A stretch of DNA of 64,000 bases from Eledone cirrhosa (GCA_964016885.1 OZ024763.1:6820001-6884000); one strand, 5' to 3'. Counted from the stretch's first letter, positions 43,815 to 58,474 are shown. Notes: generated by a model not told the origin, from the sequence alone. Numbers and translations: made by a program.

Positions 43815-44250
43815 ATCATCATCATCATCACCGTTTTACGTCCATTCTTCCATGCTAGCATGGGTTGGAGGGGTTGTCCTGTTGTGGTCAGTGCCAGGTC
43901 AGGTAACTTTGTCTTGCTCATACAGAACTGATTCTGGCTTGATTTCTACAGCTGGATGCCCTTCCTAACACCAACCTCATTTACAGTGTAGGCTGGGGTG
44001 CTTTTTTGCAGTGGGAGGGGGTGGGTCATATTGTCTATATGCTTCAGCTTTGGTTTGTACCTGTGGGGAGGGGAGGGGGGGAGGGTCTTCTGTATTACTG
44101 CGTGACACCAGAGGTCATGGTCCTGTGTCGTCACCATTGAGAGGTGCAATTGGGCAAGGTCAGCTTTAATCACCTCGTCCCAGGTCTTCTTAGGTCTCCC
44201 CACTCCAAGGCTTTCATCGACTTTTAGAGCTCTGCACCTTTTTATGCAGC
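43815..44250 (-). mobile_element. RTE LINE 3' end with (GAT)n tail
   Basis: GRPKKTWDEVIKADLAQLHLSMVTTQDHDLW. The 3' UTR contains ggaagggcatccagctgtag. Confidence 0.88.
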
Positions 44251-44340
44251 TGTTTATATTTATCTAAAAACTTTCCATCATAATTTCATGTTGGAACCTT
44301 TGTTATGTTATGTTCTTTATCATTATTAAATGTATCATTT

Positions 44341-44933
44341 AATATGGTAATGAAAGGGTTAATGACATAGACAGTGTCTTTCATTAGAAATATGGTAATG
44401 AAAGGGTTAAAGACATAGACAGTGTCTTTCATTAGAAATATGTAATGAAGGGGTTAATGACATAGACAGTGTTTTTCATTAGAAATATGGTAATGAAAGG
44501 GTTAAAGACATAGACAGTGTCTTTCATTAGAAATATGGTAATGAAAGGGTTAAAGTCATAGACAGTGTCTTTCATTAGAAATATGTAATGAAGGGGTTAA
44601 TGACATAGACAGTGTTTTTCATTAGAAATATGGTAATGAAAGGGTTAAAGACATAGACAGTGTCTTTCATTAGAAATATGTAATGAAGGGGTTAATGACA
44701 TAGACAGTGTTTTTCATTAGAAATATGGTAATGAAAGGGTTAAAGACATAGACAGTGTCTTTCGTTAGAAATATGGTAATGAAAGGGTTAAAGACATAGA
44801 CAGTGTCTTTCATTAGAAATATGTAATGAAAGGGTTAAAGACATAGACAGTGTCTTTCATTAGAAATATGTAATGAAGGGGTTAATAACATAGACAGTGT
44901 CTTTCATTAGAAATATGTAATGAAAGGGTTAAA
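44341..44933. repeat. 47-48 bp minisatellite, ~12 copies, containing a piggyBac-like end (AAGGG-TTAA)
   Basis: aatatggtaatgaaagggttaaagacatagacagtgtctttcattaga. Same unit at 62168-62545. Confidence 0.9.
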
Positions 44934-45190
44934 ATTAAAATGATTTAATATAATTTAGCTGCTACTTCTTGCAATTGGAGTGACTGGTATAATGGTTCAC
45001 TCCTTGTCTCTTTAATACTGATGTTGAGGTGAGAGATGGGTGTGTGGGTTGGGATTGTTAAGTGTAAGTCCTTAATTAATTAAGATAGAAGAGTATGTAA
45101 CTAAATGACACACTAGAGCACCTGCAATGAATGAGGGGGTGGGTGTGTCTGATTCATTGACCACTTAGCCACACGACCACACCTTATATA

Positions 45191-46080
45191 TAAACCCTTT
45201 TCATTACCATATTTCTAACAAAACACACTGTCCCCTATAGTTTTTCAAATAACCATGAACAAGTTTAGTAATATAACTAACTTTCTCATTAAGTTGATAT
45301 TTGGGACATAACTTAACAAAGGTTCTTACAGAGACTAATGGTTTCTTATATAGGCACAAGGCCAACAATTTTAGGGGAGGGGAAAGTCGATTAAATCAAC
45401 CCCAGTGTATTACTGGTACTTTATTTTATCGACCCCGTAAGGATGAAAGGCAAAGTTAACCTCGTTTCTTACATAAAATAATTGTTTCTACTTTAGGCAC
45501 AAGGCCAGCAAAGTCCCAGTACTTTATTTTATTGACCCCGTAAGGATGAAAGGCAAAGTCAACCTCGGTGGGATTTGAACTCAGATCGTTCAAATCCTGC
45601 CGAGGTTGACTTTGCCTTTCTTACATAAAATAATAACGGAGGGTTTATAGATAAATATAAATACTTTAACCGTTTCGTTACCATGTTTCTAGTAAAAGAC
45701 ACTGCCCCTTATGGGATTTTTCAAATATTTTGAAAATAATTAACAATTTGGAGCAATTTAGTAATGTAAACTAACTTTCTTATAATTAAGTTGCTGTTTG
45801 GAGCATAACTTAACAAAGTTTCTTAACATAAAATTATGATGGAATGTTTTGAAATATAAATATAAACATTTTAAAATAAACAGATTTGTGTGATAGAACC
45901 AGGGTGGTATCAAAAGGGTTATGTTGGTGGTTGGAACATAACTTAACAAAGGTTCTTACATAAAATTATGATGGAAGGTTTTTAGATATAAACACTTTAA
46001 CCCACTTGTTAACATATTTCTAATAATAGATACTGCTTATGGTTTTTCAAATATATTTTTGAAATAAACAAGAATTGGAG
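45191..46080 (+). mobile_element. Three truncated copies of a TTAACCC-ended (piggyBac-like) non-autonomous element, with SINE A fragments at 45340-45620
   Basis: aacccttttcattaccatatttcta (45193), ttaaccgtttcgttaccatgtttcta (45667), ttaacccacttgttaacatatttcta (45997), and a shared cataacttaacaaag block. Confidence 0.55.
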
Positions 46081-46089
46081 AGACTTTTA

Positions 46090-46208
46090 CAGGCATGTGG
46101 TTGGTTGGTTAGAGAACTGGATTCGCAGTCGTGAGGTTGTGAGTTCGATTCCTGGACCGGGCGATGAGTTATGTCCTTGAGCAAGACACTTTATTTCACC
46201 TTGCTCCT
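46090..46208 (+). mobile_element. tRNA-derived SINE family B, 5' part
   Basis: tggttggttggttag A-box, gagttcgattcc B-box, central gtccttgagcaagacactttatttcac. Confidence 0.8.
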
Positions 46209-46334
46209 TCTACCTGGAGTTGTGACCGATAGAGAGAATTAGTAATTGGAAAGACCAACAGGAAAATTAGTAATATAACTAAAATGTTATGTTTGAAAGA
46301 TAAATATAAATTAAATATATGAAAAGAAACAGTT

Positions 46335-47045
46335 GTGTAGAGGTATGTTCCGTCAGTTTGGTCTCAAGCTGACCTACGTTGGACTATAGCTGCTGGTTGT
46401 AATAAATGGAGAAAGACTGTATATGAGGGAAAAGTTGCCTTTGAGGCATCTCGAATCGCATACGAGAAAGTAAAGCGGGATGTGAGGAAGGGCATTGCTG
46501 CTACATTTCCAGACAGCGAAGGTCCTGCTATGGCGCTGACATGCAGCGTCTGTGCGTGACTCTGCCTCAGCAAAGCTGGACTCGAAAGTCATCTTGGCAG
46601 TCATAAAGTGAGACCAGTGGTTGACTACCAGACTGCTGTAGGAGATGCTACTCATCACACCTGACAAGCATGTGGAAGAGAGTGTAGATCAGGAGGAGGG
46701 CTCAAACGACATGCAAAAGTACATCAACTTCAACCACAGCCGACTACTGCCAGTGAATGTTTTGGTTGCCAACTCTGTGCAAGACATTTTAGATGATTGG
46801 CTGGGCTAACGAGCCACATTCGATCGCAGCACCGTTAATTGTTATTGTATATGTGTGTATATATATATGTGTATGTATATATGTATGTGTGTGTGTGTAT
46901 GTGTGTGTGTGTGCATATATGTATATATATATATATTTTTTTAAATTATTATTATTATTATTATTATTGTCGTTATTGTTATTATTATTATTATTTTCGT
47001 GCAATGGCCATACTCGATAACGAGGGGGCAGCCATCATGTATAGA
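46335..47045 (+). mobile_element. RTE-type LINE 3' portion with zinc-finger remnant, interrupted by a microsatellite
   Basis: KWRKTVYEGKVAFEASRIAYEKVKRDVRK...LTCSVCA*LCLSKAGLESHLGSH. Tail tggccatactcgataacgagggggcagccatc. Confidence 0.8.
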
Positions 47046-47194
47046 TATATATATATGTATATTTGTGTGTGCATATATATATATATATATGTGTGTGTGT
47101 GTATATGTGTGTGTGTATGCATATATATGTATATATATATTTGTGTGTGTGTATATATAATGTGTGTGTATGCATATATATATATATATATATT

Positions 47195-47271
<77 letters not shown>

Positions 47272-47280
47272 ATATATATA

Positions 47281-47323
<43 letters not shown>

Positions 47324-47332
47324 ATATATATA

Positions 47333-47363
<31 letters not shown>

Positions 47364-47402
47364 GTGTATGTGTATATATATATATATATATATGTGTATG
47401 TG

Positions 47403-47442
<40 letters not shown>

Positions 47443-48944
47443 TATATGTGAGTGTGTGTTTGTGTATCTGCCCACCAATCCATGTGTGTGTTTGTATGCA
47501 GTGAATGGCATCATTGCCTACACACCACCCCACCCTCACCACAGGGGTTCCTTCTGCAACACCACCACCCCTGCTTTCTGTACACATTACATGTGTATGA
47601 CACAGACCCACCCCCACACACAACAGTGTATATCCTACACCCCACCATCTTGGGAAGAAAAAAATTGAAGAATCCGTCACCGCCCCCTCTTCCAACTTCA
47701 CCTCCAAATCCACCCAGCTACCCTGGTGCAATGGTGGCAGTGTGGGGGTAGGTTGATGGGGTGTTGGTGGGTGTATGTGGTGGGGTGTGGGTGGATGTAT
47801 GGAGAGGGGTGTCTGTATGGGGAGAGGGGGACAGTCTGCTATTTACATTCTACCAAAACCTACAAACAATCCACTACTATCACCACCACCAACACCACCA
47901 CCACCAACAACACCACCACCACCACCACCAACACCACCACCACCACCACCACCACCAACACCACCAACACCAACACCACCAACAACACCAACACCAACAC
48001 CACCAACAACACCACCACCACCACCACCACCACCACCACCACCACCAACACCACCACCACCACCAACAACACCACCAACACCACCACCCACCCACCCACT
48101 CAATGCTATTCTTTGACATAAGCCTTGATCTATATACCTGTGTCGGCAGTGGTGGTGCTGGTGGTGGTGGTGAAGGTAAAGATGGTGGTTGTGGTGTTGT
48201 TGTTGTTGGTAGTGGTGGTGGTGGTAGTGATTTGGTGAAGGTAAAGGTGATGATAGTGTTGGTGGTGGTGATGGTAGTGGTGGTGGTGGTGGAGGTGAAG
48301 TTGAACACTCATATATATATATATATATACCTACACACAACACAACAGTCACATACATATATATATATACCTACACACAACACAACAGTCATATATATAT
48401 ATATACATACACACAACACAACACTCATATATATATATATACTCACACACACAACACTCATATACATACACTAGCACACACACACACAACACTTATATAC
48501 ATATATACATACACTAACATACACACACACAACACTTATATACATATATACATACACTAACATACACACACAAAACACATATACATATATACATACACTA
48601 ACACAACACATATACACATACACAGCCTGCACAAGACACACATATATGGCCCACCCACAAGCTGCAAAGAAAGGGCCCCCCAACAAAAAACACCACACCC
48701 TACAGCCACTCCTTTTTTAATTACCTAGATTCCTCTCTTTTTCAGTAGTTAGGGGTGCTGGGTATATTGTCTATATCAAGAGTTATTTCACACCCTGGAC
48801 TTTCTGTATGTCTTTATATATACATATATATATATATATATACATATATATATACATATATATATATATATGTGTGTGTGTATGTATGTAAAAGGTAAAC
48901 AGAAATAACAACACAATTGGTACAATATGGAAAGAATATATTAG

Positions 48945-49285
48945 GTTAAAGCTTGAAATTGCACCTCTCAAAGGTGATGACACGGGACCGAGACCTCTGG
49001 CGTCACGCAGTAATATAGAAAACCCCCACGGGTACAAGCCAAAGCTGAAGCATATAGACAATATTCTTCCACCCCCTCCCACTGTAAAATAGTCGTGGAG
49101 GCGCCATGAAAAAAAGCACCCAGCACTGAGGTTGGTGTTAGGAAGGGCATCCAGCTGTAGAAATCAAGCCAGAATTAGTTCCCGTATGAGCAAGGCATAG
49201 TCACCCAACCTGGCACTGCCCACAACAGGACAACCTGTCTAACCCATGCTAGCGTGAAAGAATGGACATAAAATGGTGATGATGT
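48945..49285 (+). mobile_element. RTE LINE 3' end (same family as 43815-44250)
   Basis: LKLHLSKVMTRDRDLWRHAVI plus the ggaagggcatccagctgtag UTR and gatgatg tail. Confidence 0.85.
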
Positions 49286-49308
49286 TTTATATATATATAT
49301 ATATCATC

Positions 49309-49477
49309 ATCATCATCATCATCATTTTACGTCCGCTTTTCCCTGCTTGCAAGGGTGGGACGGGTCTTATTCAGCACAGCATCTCTCCACTCGTCACGGA
49401 GAGATGCTGTGCTGAATAAGACCCGTCCCACCCTTGCAAGCAGGGAAAAGCGGACGTAAAATGATGATGATGATGAT
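49309..49477. repeat. Perfect 80-bp inverted repeat of the RTE 3' tail, 9-nt loop
   Basis: (atc)n ttttacgtccgcttttccctgcttgcaagggtgggacgggtcttattcagcacagcatctctcc - actcgtcac - exact reverse complement. Confidence 0.92.
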
Positions 49478-49500
49478 ATATATATATATATATATACAAA

Positions 49501-49903
49501 CAGGGTATTTCAAAATATTTGATATCAATGGCCTGATCCCAAGGTTGTCACATTAAAATATATATTGTGAATTAGTGTTATAATTGTTTCTACTTTAGGC
49601 ACAAGGCCAGCAATTATCCCAGTGTATTACTGGTACTTTATTTTATCGACCTCGTAAGGATGAAAGGCAAAGTTAACCTCGGCGGGATTTGAACTCAGAC
49701 TGTAAAGGGACGTAACTATGCTAGAAAGCATGGTGTCTGACGCTCTACCGATTCTGCCAATCTACCACCCTAATGGTGACAAATGTTTGAGGAATAAATC
49801 TTATGTTGTTCAATATTAAACCTGCTTAGTCTCGTTGTCGTGGACTTTGTAGTTTCTAGGATTTTTACATCTCACATGACAACTAATATTTTTAAACACC
49901 CTC
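49501..49903. mobile_element. Tc1/mariner-like MITE carrying a nested minus-strand SINE A (49583-49770)
   Basis: Degenerate TIRs cagggtatttcaaaatatt / aatatttttaaacaccctc. Confidence 0.55.
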
Positions 49904-49932
49904 TATACGTGTTTGGTGGGTATAGGGTTAAA

Positions 49933-50518
49933 GGGTTAAGGGTAAAGACCCCCTTTGGTCATGAATGATCATGGGATTTACACCTAGAGAGTTCCCCTCC
50001 GAGGCACAAGTCTGGGCAAGGTTGTTTGTGTAAGACCAGCAGTCGCCCATACATACCAGTCTCCCTCTCCACGCCACCCATGCTTGTTTAATGGAAAGGC
50101 AATCATCATCATTTCATCATCATTTTACGTCCGCTTTTCCCTGCTTGCAAGGGTGGGACGGGAACTGATTCTGGCTTGGTTTCTACAGCTGGATGCCCTT
50201 CCTAACACCAACCTCATTTACAGTGAGTGCTGGGTGCTTTTTTGCCGTGGCACCTCCACGACTACTTTGCAGTGGAATGATAGGGACCCCAGTCCCTATC
50301 ATCTCATTTCTACAGCTGAGTAAACTGGAGCAATGTGAAATAAAGTGTCTTGCTCAAAGACACGTTGTTTTTGAAGCATAGAGTTACATCCCTTTATGAT
50401 CTGAGTTCAAATCCCGCCGCGGTTAACTTTGCCTTTCACCCTTACGGGGTCGCTAAAATAAAGTACCAGTAATGTACTGTAATTTGCTGGCCTTGTGCCT
50501 AAAATAGAAAAAATTATT
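49933..50518. mobile_element. Nested retroposons: SINE B (minus, 49933-50365) interrupted by an RTE tail (50102-50285), followed by SINE A (plus, 50370-50518)
   Basis: gtgaaataaagtgtcttgctcaa matches the 46090 element. RTE UTR and SINE A motifs as above. Confidence 0.7.
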
Positions 50519-51482
50519 TTATTTCAAATTGTTGGTAGTCAAAATTAGGGTGGGTCCTCCAGGACGAAGCATCTTCGGGGCTAGGAAATATGGTATATGA
50601 ATAGAATGTACGTGACTTGATGTGATCGACTAAATCAAAACAATGCTCCAGCATGGCCGCAGTCAAATGTCTAAAACCAGTAAAAAAAATAACACACACA
50701 CACACACACACATGTATATATCTCTTCATTCAAGTAATTGGATAATTGGGTCTATGTCATCTGTTATTGTAGTCGTTGTTGTTGTTGTTGTTGTTGTTGT
50801 GAAGCAACAATGTAGTCATTCATAAACAGCAGCATGTAACGGCATGTGACTATATTTTTTGTTGACCAGCTGTTCAACATCACCATCATCATCATAATTA
50901 TCACCATCATCATCATCATCATCACCATCATTGTCATTATCATCATTATTATTGTCATCATCATCATTATTATTGTCATCATCACCATCATCGACAACAA
51001 TACTATTATCCTCATCATCATCATCTTCATCATCATAATTCCCATTATCACCATCATCATCATCACCATCAATATTGTCATCAACACCATTCCCACCATT
51101 ATCATCACAACCCTCATCACTACCAACACCATCATCATCATCACTGTCATCTTTTAACCCCCACCCCCATCACCCCGACTCCATCTTACAGTCACCAGTC
51201 GGGTATCTGCAACATGAGACCCTCTGTTCTCTTTACAAAAGAAAACAAATACCCTTTCTTTCCCTTTATTTTATTTTATTTGTAATTGTTATTGTTATCT
51301 TGCTAGTCTAAAGAAAAGGGGACAGTGCCCATGTACCCTTCAACTGAAATATAATAAAAAACATTTTTTTAATATAAAGAGTGAGAGAGAAGTTATTTAT
51401 ATTTTTGTTTTTAATTTTCCTTTGAACCCCAAAATGATGTGCCGAGCTGGTTGGGATTCTACTTAATTCTTTCATCAGAATT

Positions 51483-51522
51483 CTAATCCAGAATGAGTTC
51501 CTTATAAATAGTCTCAAAGGAC
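51483..51522 (-). CDS. Candidate terminal exon, coding part xSFETIYKELILD*
   Basis: Strong acceptor (t)12gcag at 51523-51539. The frame choice is not constrained by any partner exon. Confidence 0.25.
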
Positions 51523-51810
51523 CTGCAAAAAAAAAAAAATAAAAGGAAGGGGTCAGTTATAGTTACTGCCATTCCCTCCCTGATTAAACAGTTTAAAAAA
51601 TAAAAATAAAAATAAAAATAAAAATAAAACAATGGCAATAGCAAGTTGGTAAGGAATTGAATTTAAGGGTTAAATGTTTTGGCAGTTCAAACCCTATAAT
51701 CTGCTATTATGTTATAAGGCAGCCAATTGGCTGAGTCTTTAAGATGTCAGATGGTATTTGTCCCGCCTCATTGTGAGCTCCGAGTTGAAATTCCGCTGTG
51801 GTCAACTTTG

Positions 51811-52775
51811 CTCATCATAAGATGGGCCACATAGGATGTGACTCATCATAAGATGGGCCACATAGGATGTGACTCATCATAAGATAGGCCACATAGGATT
51901 TGAGAGATCACAGTTCTGATACTACAGACATGTGGTTAGAATGTCTCAGGAAAGAATCACTGGACAGATTTGAGAGATCACAGTTCTGATACTACAGACA
52001 TGTGGTTAGAATGTCTCAGGAAAGAATCACTGGACAGATTTGAGAGATCACAGTTCTGATACTACAGACATGTGGTTAGAATGTCTCAGGAAAGAATCAC
52101 TGGACAGATTTGAGAGATCACAGTTCTGATACTACAGACATGTGGTTAGAATGTCTCAGGAAAGAATCACTGGACAGATTTGAGAGATCACAGTTCTGAT
52201 ACTACAGACATGTGGTTAGAATGTCTCAGGAAAGAATCACTGGACAGATTTGAGAGATCACAGTTCTGATACTACAGACATGTGGTTAGAATGTCTCAGG
52301 AAAGAATCACTGGACAGATTTGAGAGATCACAGTTCTGATACTACAGACATGTGGTTAGAATGTCTCAGGAAAGAATCACTGGACAGATTTGAGAGATCA
52401 CAGTTCTGATACTACAGACATGTGGTTAGAATGTCTCAGGAAAGAATCACTGGACAGATTTGAGAGATCACAGTTCTGATACTACAGACATGTGGTTAGA
52501 ATGTCTCAGGAAAGAATCACTGGACAGATTTGAGAGATCACAGTTCTGATACTACAGACATGTGGTTAGAATGTCTCAGGAAAGAATCACTGGACAGATT
52601 TGAGAGATCACAGCTCTGATACTACAGACATGTGGTTAGAATGTCTCAGGAAAGAATCACTGGACAGATTTGAGAGATCACAGTTCTGATACTACAGACA
52701 TGTGGTTAGAATGTCTCAGGAAAGAATCACTGGACAGATTTGAGAGATCACAGTTCTGATACTACAGACATGTGG
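51811..52775. repeat. 31-bp x3 repeat followed by a near-perfect 70-bp tandem array (~12.5 copies)
   Basis: gatttgagagatcacagttctgatactacagacatgtggttagaatgtctcaggaaagaatcactggaca. Only one variant base seen (52614). Confidence 0.95.
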
Positions 52776-54049
52776 CTGGTGGTGTTTGTGATCATGGTGT
52801 TGGTGGTGGTGGTGATATTGATGGTGTTTATGATGGTGGTGGTATTGGTGTTGGTGGTTGTGTTGGTGTTGTTGGTTTTGTTGGTGTTGGTGTTGATGCT
52901 GTTGGTTGTGTTGTTGTTATTGTTGTTGTTGGTGTTGGTGGTGTTGGTGTTGGTGTTGTTGGTGCTGTTGGTTGTGTTGTTGTTGTTGTTGTTGGTGGTG
53001 GTGATGTTGGTGGTGTTGGTGTTGTTGTTGGTGTTGGTGTTGGTGTTGTTGGTGCTGTTGGTTGTGTTGTTGTTATTGTTGTTGTTGGTGGTGGTGTTGG
53101 TGGTGTTGGTGTTGTTGTTGGTGTTGGTGTTGGTGTTGTTGGTGCTGTTGGTTGTGTTGTTGTTATTGTTGTTGTTGGTGGTGATGTTGGTGTTTTTGGT
53201 GTTGGTGGTGGTGTTGGTGGTGATGTTGGTGTTGTTGTTGGTGGTGTTGGTGGTGTTGTTGGTGTTGGTGTTGTTGGTGTTGCTCTCATTGAGAATCTTG
53301 AGTGTGTCCTTCACATATAATGACCATCACTTCTGTGATGGAGTCAGGTCTTACGTATGTAAACTGGACTGACGTATGTATGAATGTATGTCTGTATGTA
53401 CGTATGTACGTATGTATGTATGTATGTATGTATGTATGTATGTATGTATGTATGTATGTATGTATGTATGTATGTATGTATAATTATGGGTGTATACTAC
53501 TTAATGTATGTATAATTACATATCTATATACTTATATATGCATACATAGGTAGGTAGGTATACTTATGTAAGTATATATATATGTATATATATATATGTG
53601 TGTGTATATATATATGTATATATATATATCTATATATATATATATATATATAGGTAGAGAGACAGACAGAGAGAGAGAGAGATGCTTACATATATATACA
53701 TATGTATATATGTATATATATATATATATACATACATGTGTATGTGTGTGTGTGTGTCTGTGTGTATGTATGTATATCTGTGTATGTGTATATACTTATG
53801 TGGTAATGTGGGGGAGTTAGCAATTATAGTAATTAAGAAGACAGACATAAACAAAGTTTTATCAAAGAATGACCCCCTCCTCAGCCCCCCACCCCTGTCC
53901 TCCTCCCTACCCTCATTATAACCTTAACCTCCCACCAACAGTGACATAAAAGCTATGTCACTGTTGCCTCTCATACTCGTGTCTGTCTCACTGTAGCCAT
54001 TAACAAACTCAAGAGAAAACAAAAAAATCTTCTTTCTCTTAAACAAAGG

Positions 54050-54380
54050 TCAGCTGAAAAGTTCATAGGCTGACCAAGATACTCTCATGGAATGACGAAA
54101 TGAAGTTTATTTTTCAACATAGTTCCTGGAAAGAAACAATGCATTATTAATAAGAAGAGTTGAAATTAATGTATGCAAGATTTCACAGCTCTAGCATCAC
54201 TCTTCATAGGCTGACCAAGATACTCTCATGGAATGACGAAATGAAGTTTATTTTTTCAACATAGTTCCTGGAAAGAAACAATGCATTATTAATAAGAAGA
54301 GTTGAAATTAATGTATGCAAGATTTCACAGCTCTAGCATCACTCCTTCATAGGCTGACCAAGATACTCTCATGGAATGAC
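54050..54380 (+). mobile_element. Mariner-like terminal fragment in a ~142-bp tandem duplication (2.2 copies)
   Basis: gctgaaaagttcataggctgaccaag...aagtttatttttcaacatagt. The repeat restarts at ~54062, ~54203 and ~54346. Confidence 0.55.
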
Positions 54381-54514
54381 ACTCTGCTAGAAGATACAGA
54401 GATGGAGGCAGTAGAGGGACTTAGACCCTGGCGAATGGAAACGATGTGTGGAATGAATGGGGCCTCCCACTAGATCAGGGATAGGATAATATAGGGGGTT
54501 TCATAGAACCAGTG

Positions 54515-55096
54515 GTGGATTTAGCCAAGCTGGTATCAAAGGTCTTGGATTTAGCTCTAGACTGGTATCGAAAGTCAGGGGTTTAGCTAGACTGGTACTA
54601 AAAGTCATGGGTTTAGCTAGACTGGTACCAAAAGTCATGGGTTTAGCTAGACTGGGATCAAAAGTCATGGGTTTAGCTCTAGACTGGTATCGAAAGTCAT
54701 GGGTTTAGCTAGACTGGGATCAAAAGTCATGGGTTTAGCTAGACTGGGATCAAAGTCATGGGTTTAGCTTTAGACTGGGATCAAAGTCATGGGTTTAGCT
54801 AGACTGGGACCAAAAGTCATGGGTTTAGCTCTAGACTGGTACCAAAAGTCATGGGTTTAGCTAGACTAGGATCAAAAGTCATGGGTTTAGCTCTAGACTG
54901 GTACCAAAAGTCAGGGGTTTAGCTTTAGACTGGTACCAAAAGTCAGGGGTTTAGCTTTAGACTGGTACCAAAAGTCAGGGGTTTAGCTCTAGACTGGGAT
55001 AAAAAATCATGGGTTTAGCTAGACTGGGATCAAAGGTCATGGGTTTAGCTAGACTGGTACCAAAAGACATGGGTTTAGCTAGACTGGGACCAAAAG
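54515..55096. repeat. 30-32 bp minisatellite, ~18 copies
   Basis: gggtttagct(ct)agactggtaccaaaagtcat. Confidence 0.92.
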
Positions 55097-55783
55097 TATT
55101 AATGAAGAATTCTTTTGGATTTACTAAAATTATTAATTATTTCATTACAAATAGAGAAACTTATCAAGTTCTTATATAAAATGATGTTGATTGACAGGTA
55201 GGTAGTTAGGTGGGAAGGTAAGTAGGTTAGGGGGTAGGTAGGTAGGTTAGGGGGTAGGTAGGTAGGTTAGGGGGTAGGTAAGTAGGTTAGGGGGTAGGTA
55301 GGTAGGTTAGGGGGTAGGTAGGTGAGTAGATATGTGGGTGGGTGTGTATGTACGCTCATTAGAAGGTATCTTCTAATGAAGTAAGATGTAGGAGAGGCAG
55401 TGGAGGAAGAGCTGCTGTGTGACTGCTGTAAAACAACAACACAATACTTAAAGTGCAGCGGTCAGTGCAAGAAGTGACCGGGGCTCAATTAGTGCAGCTG
55501 CACTCTATCTGTTACATTAGTATATCTTATATATATATGTATATATATATATATATGTCTATATATATATGTATATGCATATATATATGTATATATATAT
55601 ATATATGTGTATATATATATATATGTATATTTATATATGTGTATACATATATATATGTCTATATATATATGTATATATATATATATGTATATATATATAT
55701 GTGTATACATATATATATGTCTATATATATATGTATATATATATATATATGTATATGTGTATATATATATATATGTATATTTA

Positions 55784-55820
<37 letters not shown>

Positions 55821-55821
55821 G

Positions 55822-55922
<101 letters not shown>

Positions 55923-55941
55923 GTATGTATATATATATATA

Positions 55942-55991
<50 letters not shown>

Positions 55992-56081
55992 TGTATGTAT
56001 ACATAATTACTGGATTATCACTGATGGAGAGAGAAAGACATTTACATGTGTGTGTATATATATATATATATATATGTATGT

Positions 56082-56122
<41 letters not shown>

Positions 56123-56372
56123 TATGTATGTATGTATATATATGTATGTATGTATATGTATGTATGTATGTATATGTATGTATGTATATGTATGTATGTA
56201 TGTATATGTATATATATATATATATGTATGTATGTATATGTATGTATGTATATATATGTATGTATGTATGTACATATATATATGTATGTATGTATATATA
56301 TGTATGTATGTATATATATGTATGTATGTATATGTATATATATATGTATGTATGTATATGTATATATATATG

Positions 56373-56404
<32 letters not shown>

Positions 56405-56441
56405 TATGTATGTCTATTTAAATATATATGTATGTATATAT

Positions 56442-56477
<36 letters not shown>

Positions 56478-56878
56478 GTATATACATATATATATGTATA
56501 TATATATATATATGTATATATATATGTATATATATATATATATGTATATATATATGTATATATATATATAATCTATTAAGCATAAGATAATTATTGTATT
56601 AGGGCAATAGAATTGACAGCAGCCTTTAGACACAAATGTATACTTACATACATATACACCCATATATATACACACATATATACACACATATACATGCATA
56701 CACATATACATGCGTACAGACACAGACACATATTCAAGCAAATATAAATATACACACATATATCATCATCATCATCATCATCACTGTTTAAAGTCCATTT
56801 TCCATCCTTGCATGGGGTAGATAGGTTGTCACTTTGTGTGAGTGTGTATATTATATATATACATATATACATATATAC

Positions 56879-56938
<60 letters not shown>

Positions 56939-57082
56939 ATGTAGATATATTTCTACATGTGCATGCATGAGTGAGTTTATATACACACACATATATAAAT
57001 ATCTATGTACATAGAAATATATATATATGTATGTATATATATGTATATATATACATATATATATATATACATTTATATATAC

Positions 57083-57122
<40 letters not shown>

Positions 57123-57197
57123 TCATATATATCATATATATATATATATATATACATACATATATACACATATATATATCTATATCTATATATATAT

Positions 57198-57233
<36 letters not shown>

Positions 57234-57322
57234 CATCATCATCGTTTAACGTCCATCTTCCATGCTTGCATGGGTTTGGACGGAAATTTTCCCACTTGAG
57301 GCAAGATTGGTTGTCTTGCTCG

Positions 57323-57408
<86 letters not shown>

Positions 57409-57413
57409 TATAC

Positions 57414-57444
<31 letters not shown>

Positions 57445-57496
57445 CATATATGTATATATATATATGTATATATATATATATGTATATATATATATG

Positions 57497-57532
<36 letters not shown>

Positions 57533-57591
57533 TATATGTATATATATATATACATATATATACATATATACATATATATACATATATATAC

Positions 57592-57776
<185 letters not shown>

Positions 57777-58054
57777 TATATGTCTTACAATACACCCCAA
57801 AACATTTCTGTGCATCTAAGGAGAGATGTATGTTTGTGAATTCAATCTGTAAATATATATACATTCCTGTGTTAAGTATCGGATGTATGTTTATATGTAT
57901 TATATACACACATACTGGTGTATATATAATATGATGTATGTATAATTGTTTGTTTAGAAACTGTTTTCCTTCATTTCCTCTACTTGGGTTTTCTTTCGAA
58001 ATGGTGTGGGGTTATTATTTTCTTGTATCACCAACATATATACATATATGTGTA

Positions 58055-58086
<32 letters not shown>

Positions 58087-58169
58087 ATTGTATCATGTAT
58101 ATATGTATATGTTTAATGTATATATATATATGTGTGTGTGTTATGTATATAGATATATGTATATATACA

Positions 58170-58200
<31 letters not shown>

Positions 58201-58396
58201 ATATGTATATATATATATATACATATATATATACATATATATATATATACATACATATATTATACATATATATATATACATACATACACATATATATACA
58301 TACATACATATATATATACATACATATATTATACATATATATATACATTTATATATATATATACATATATATACATGTATATAAAATGTAAGCATG

Positions 58397-58474
<78 letters not shown>

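Noticed and set aside
46090-46160. tRNA gene (also the heads of the SINE A copies)
   Set aside because: A/B boxes run straight into SINE body sequence, with no complete cloverleaf or terminator.
51897-52775. CRISPR array or tandem hammerhead satellite
   Set aside because: No unique spacers and the context is eukaryotic. The unit has CTGA, a stem and GAAA, but the core reads CUGAUAC rather than CUGANGA and no stem I or UH site forms.
55205-55323. Telomeric repeat
   Set aside because: 20-bp ggtaggtaggttaggggg-type unit, not tandem TTAGGG. An ordinary G-rich minisatellite.
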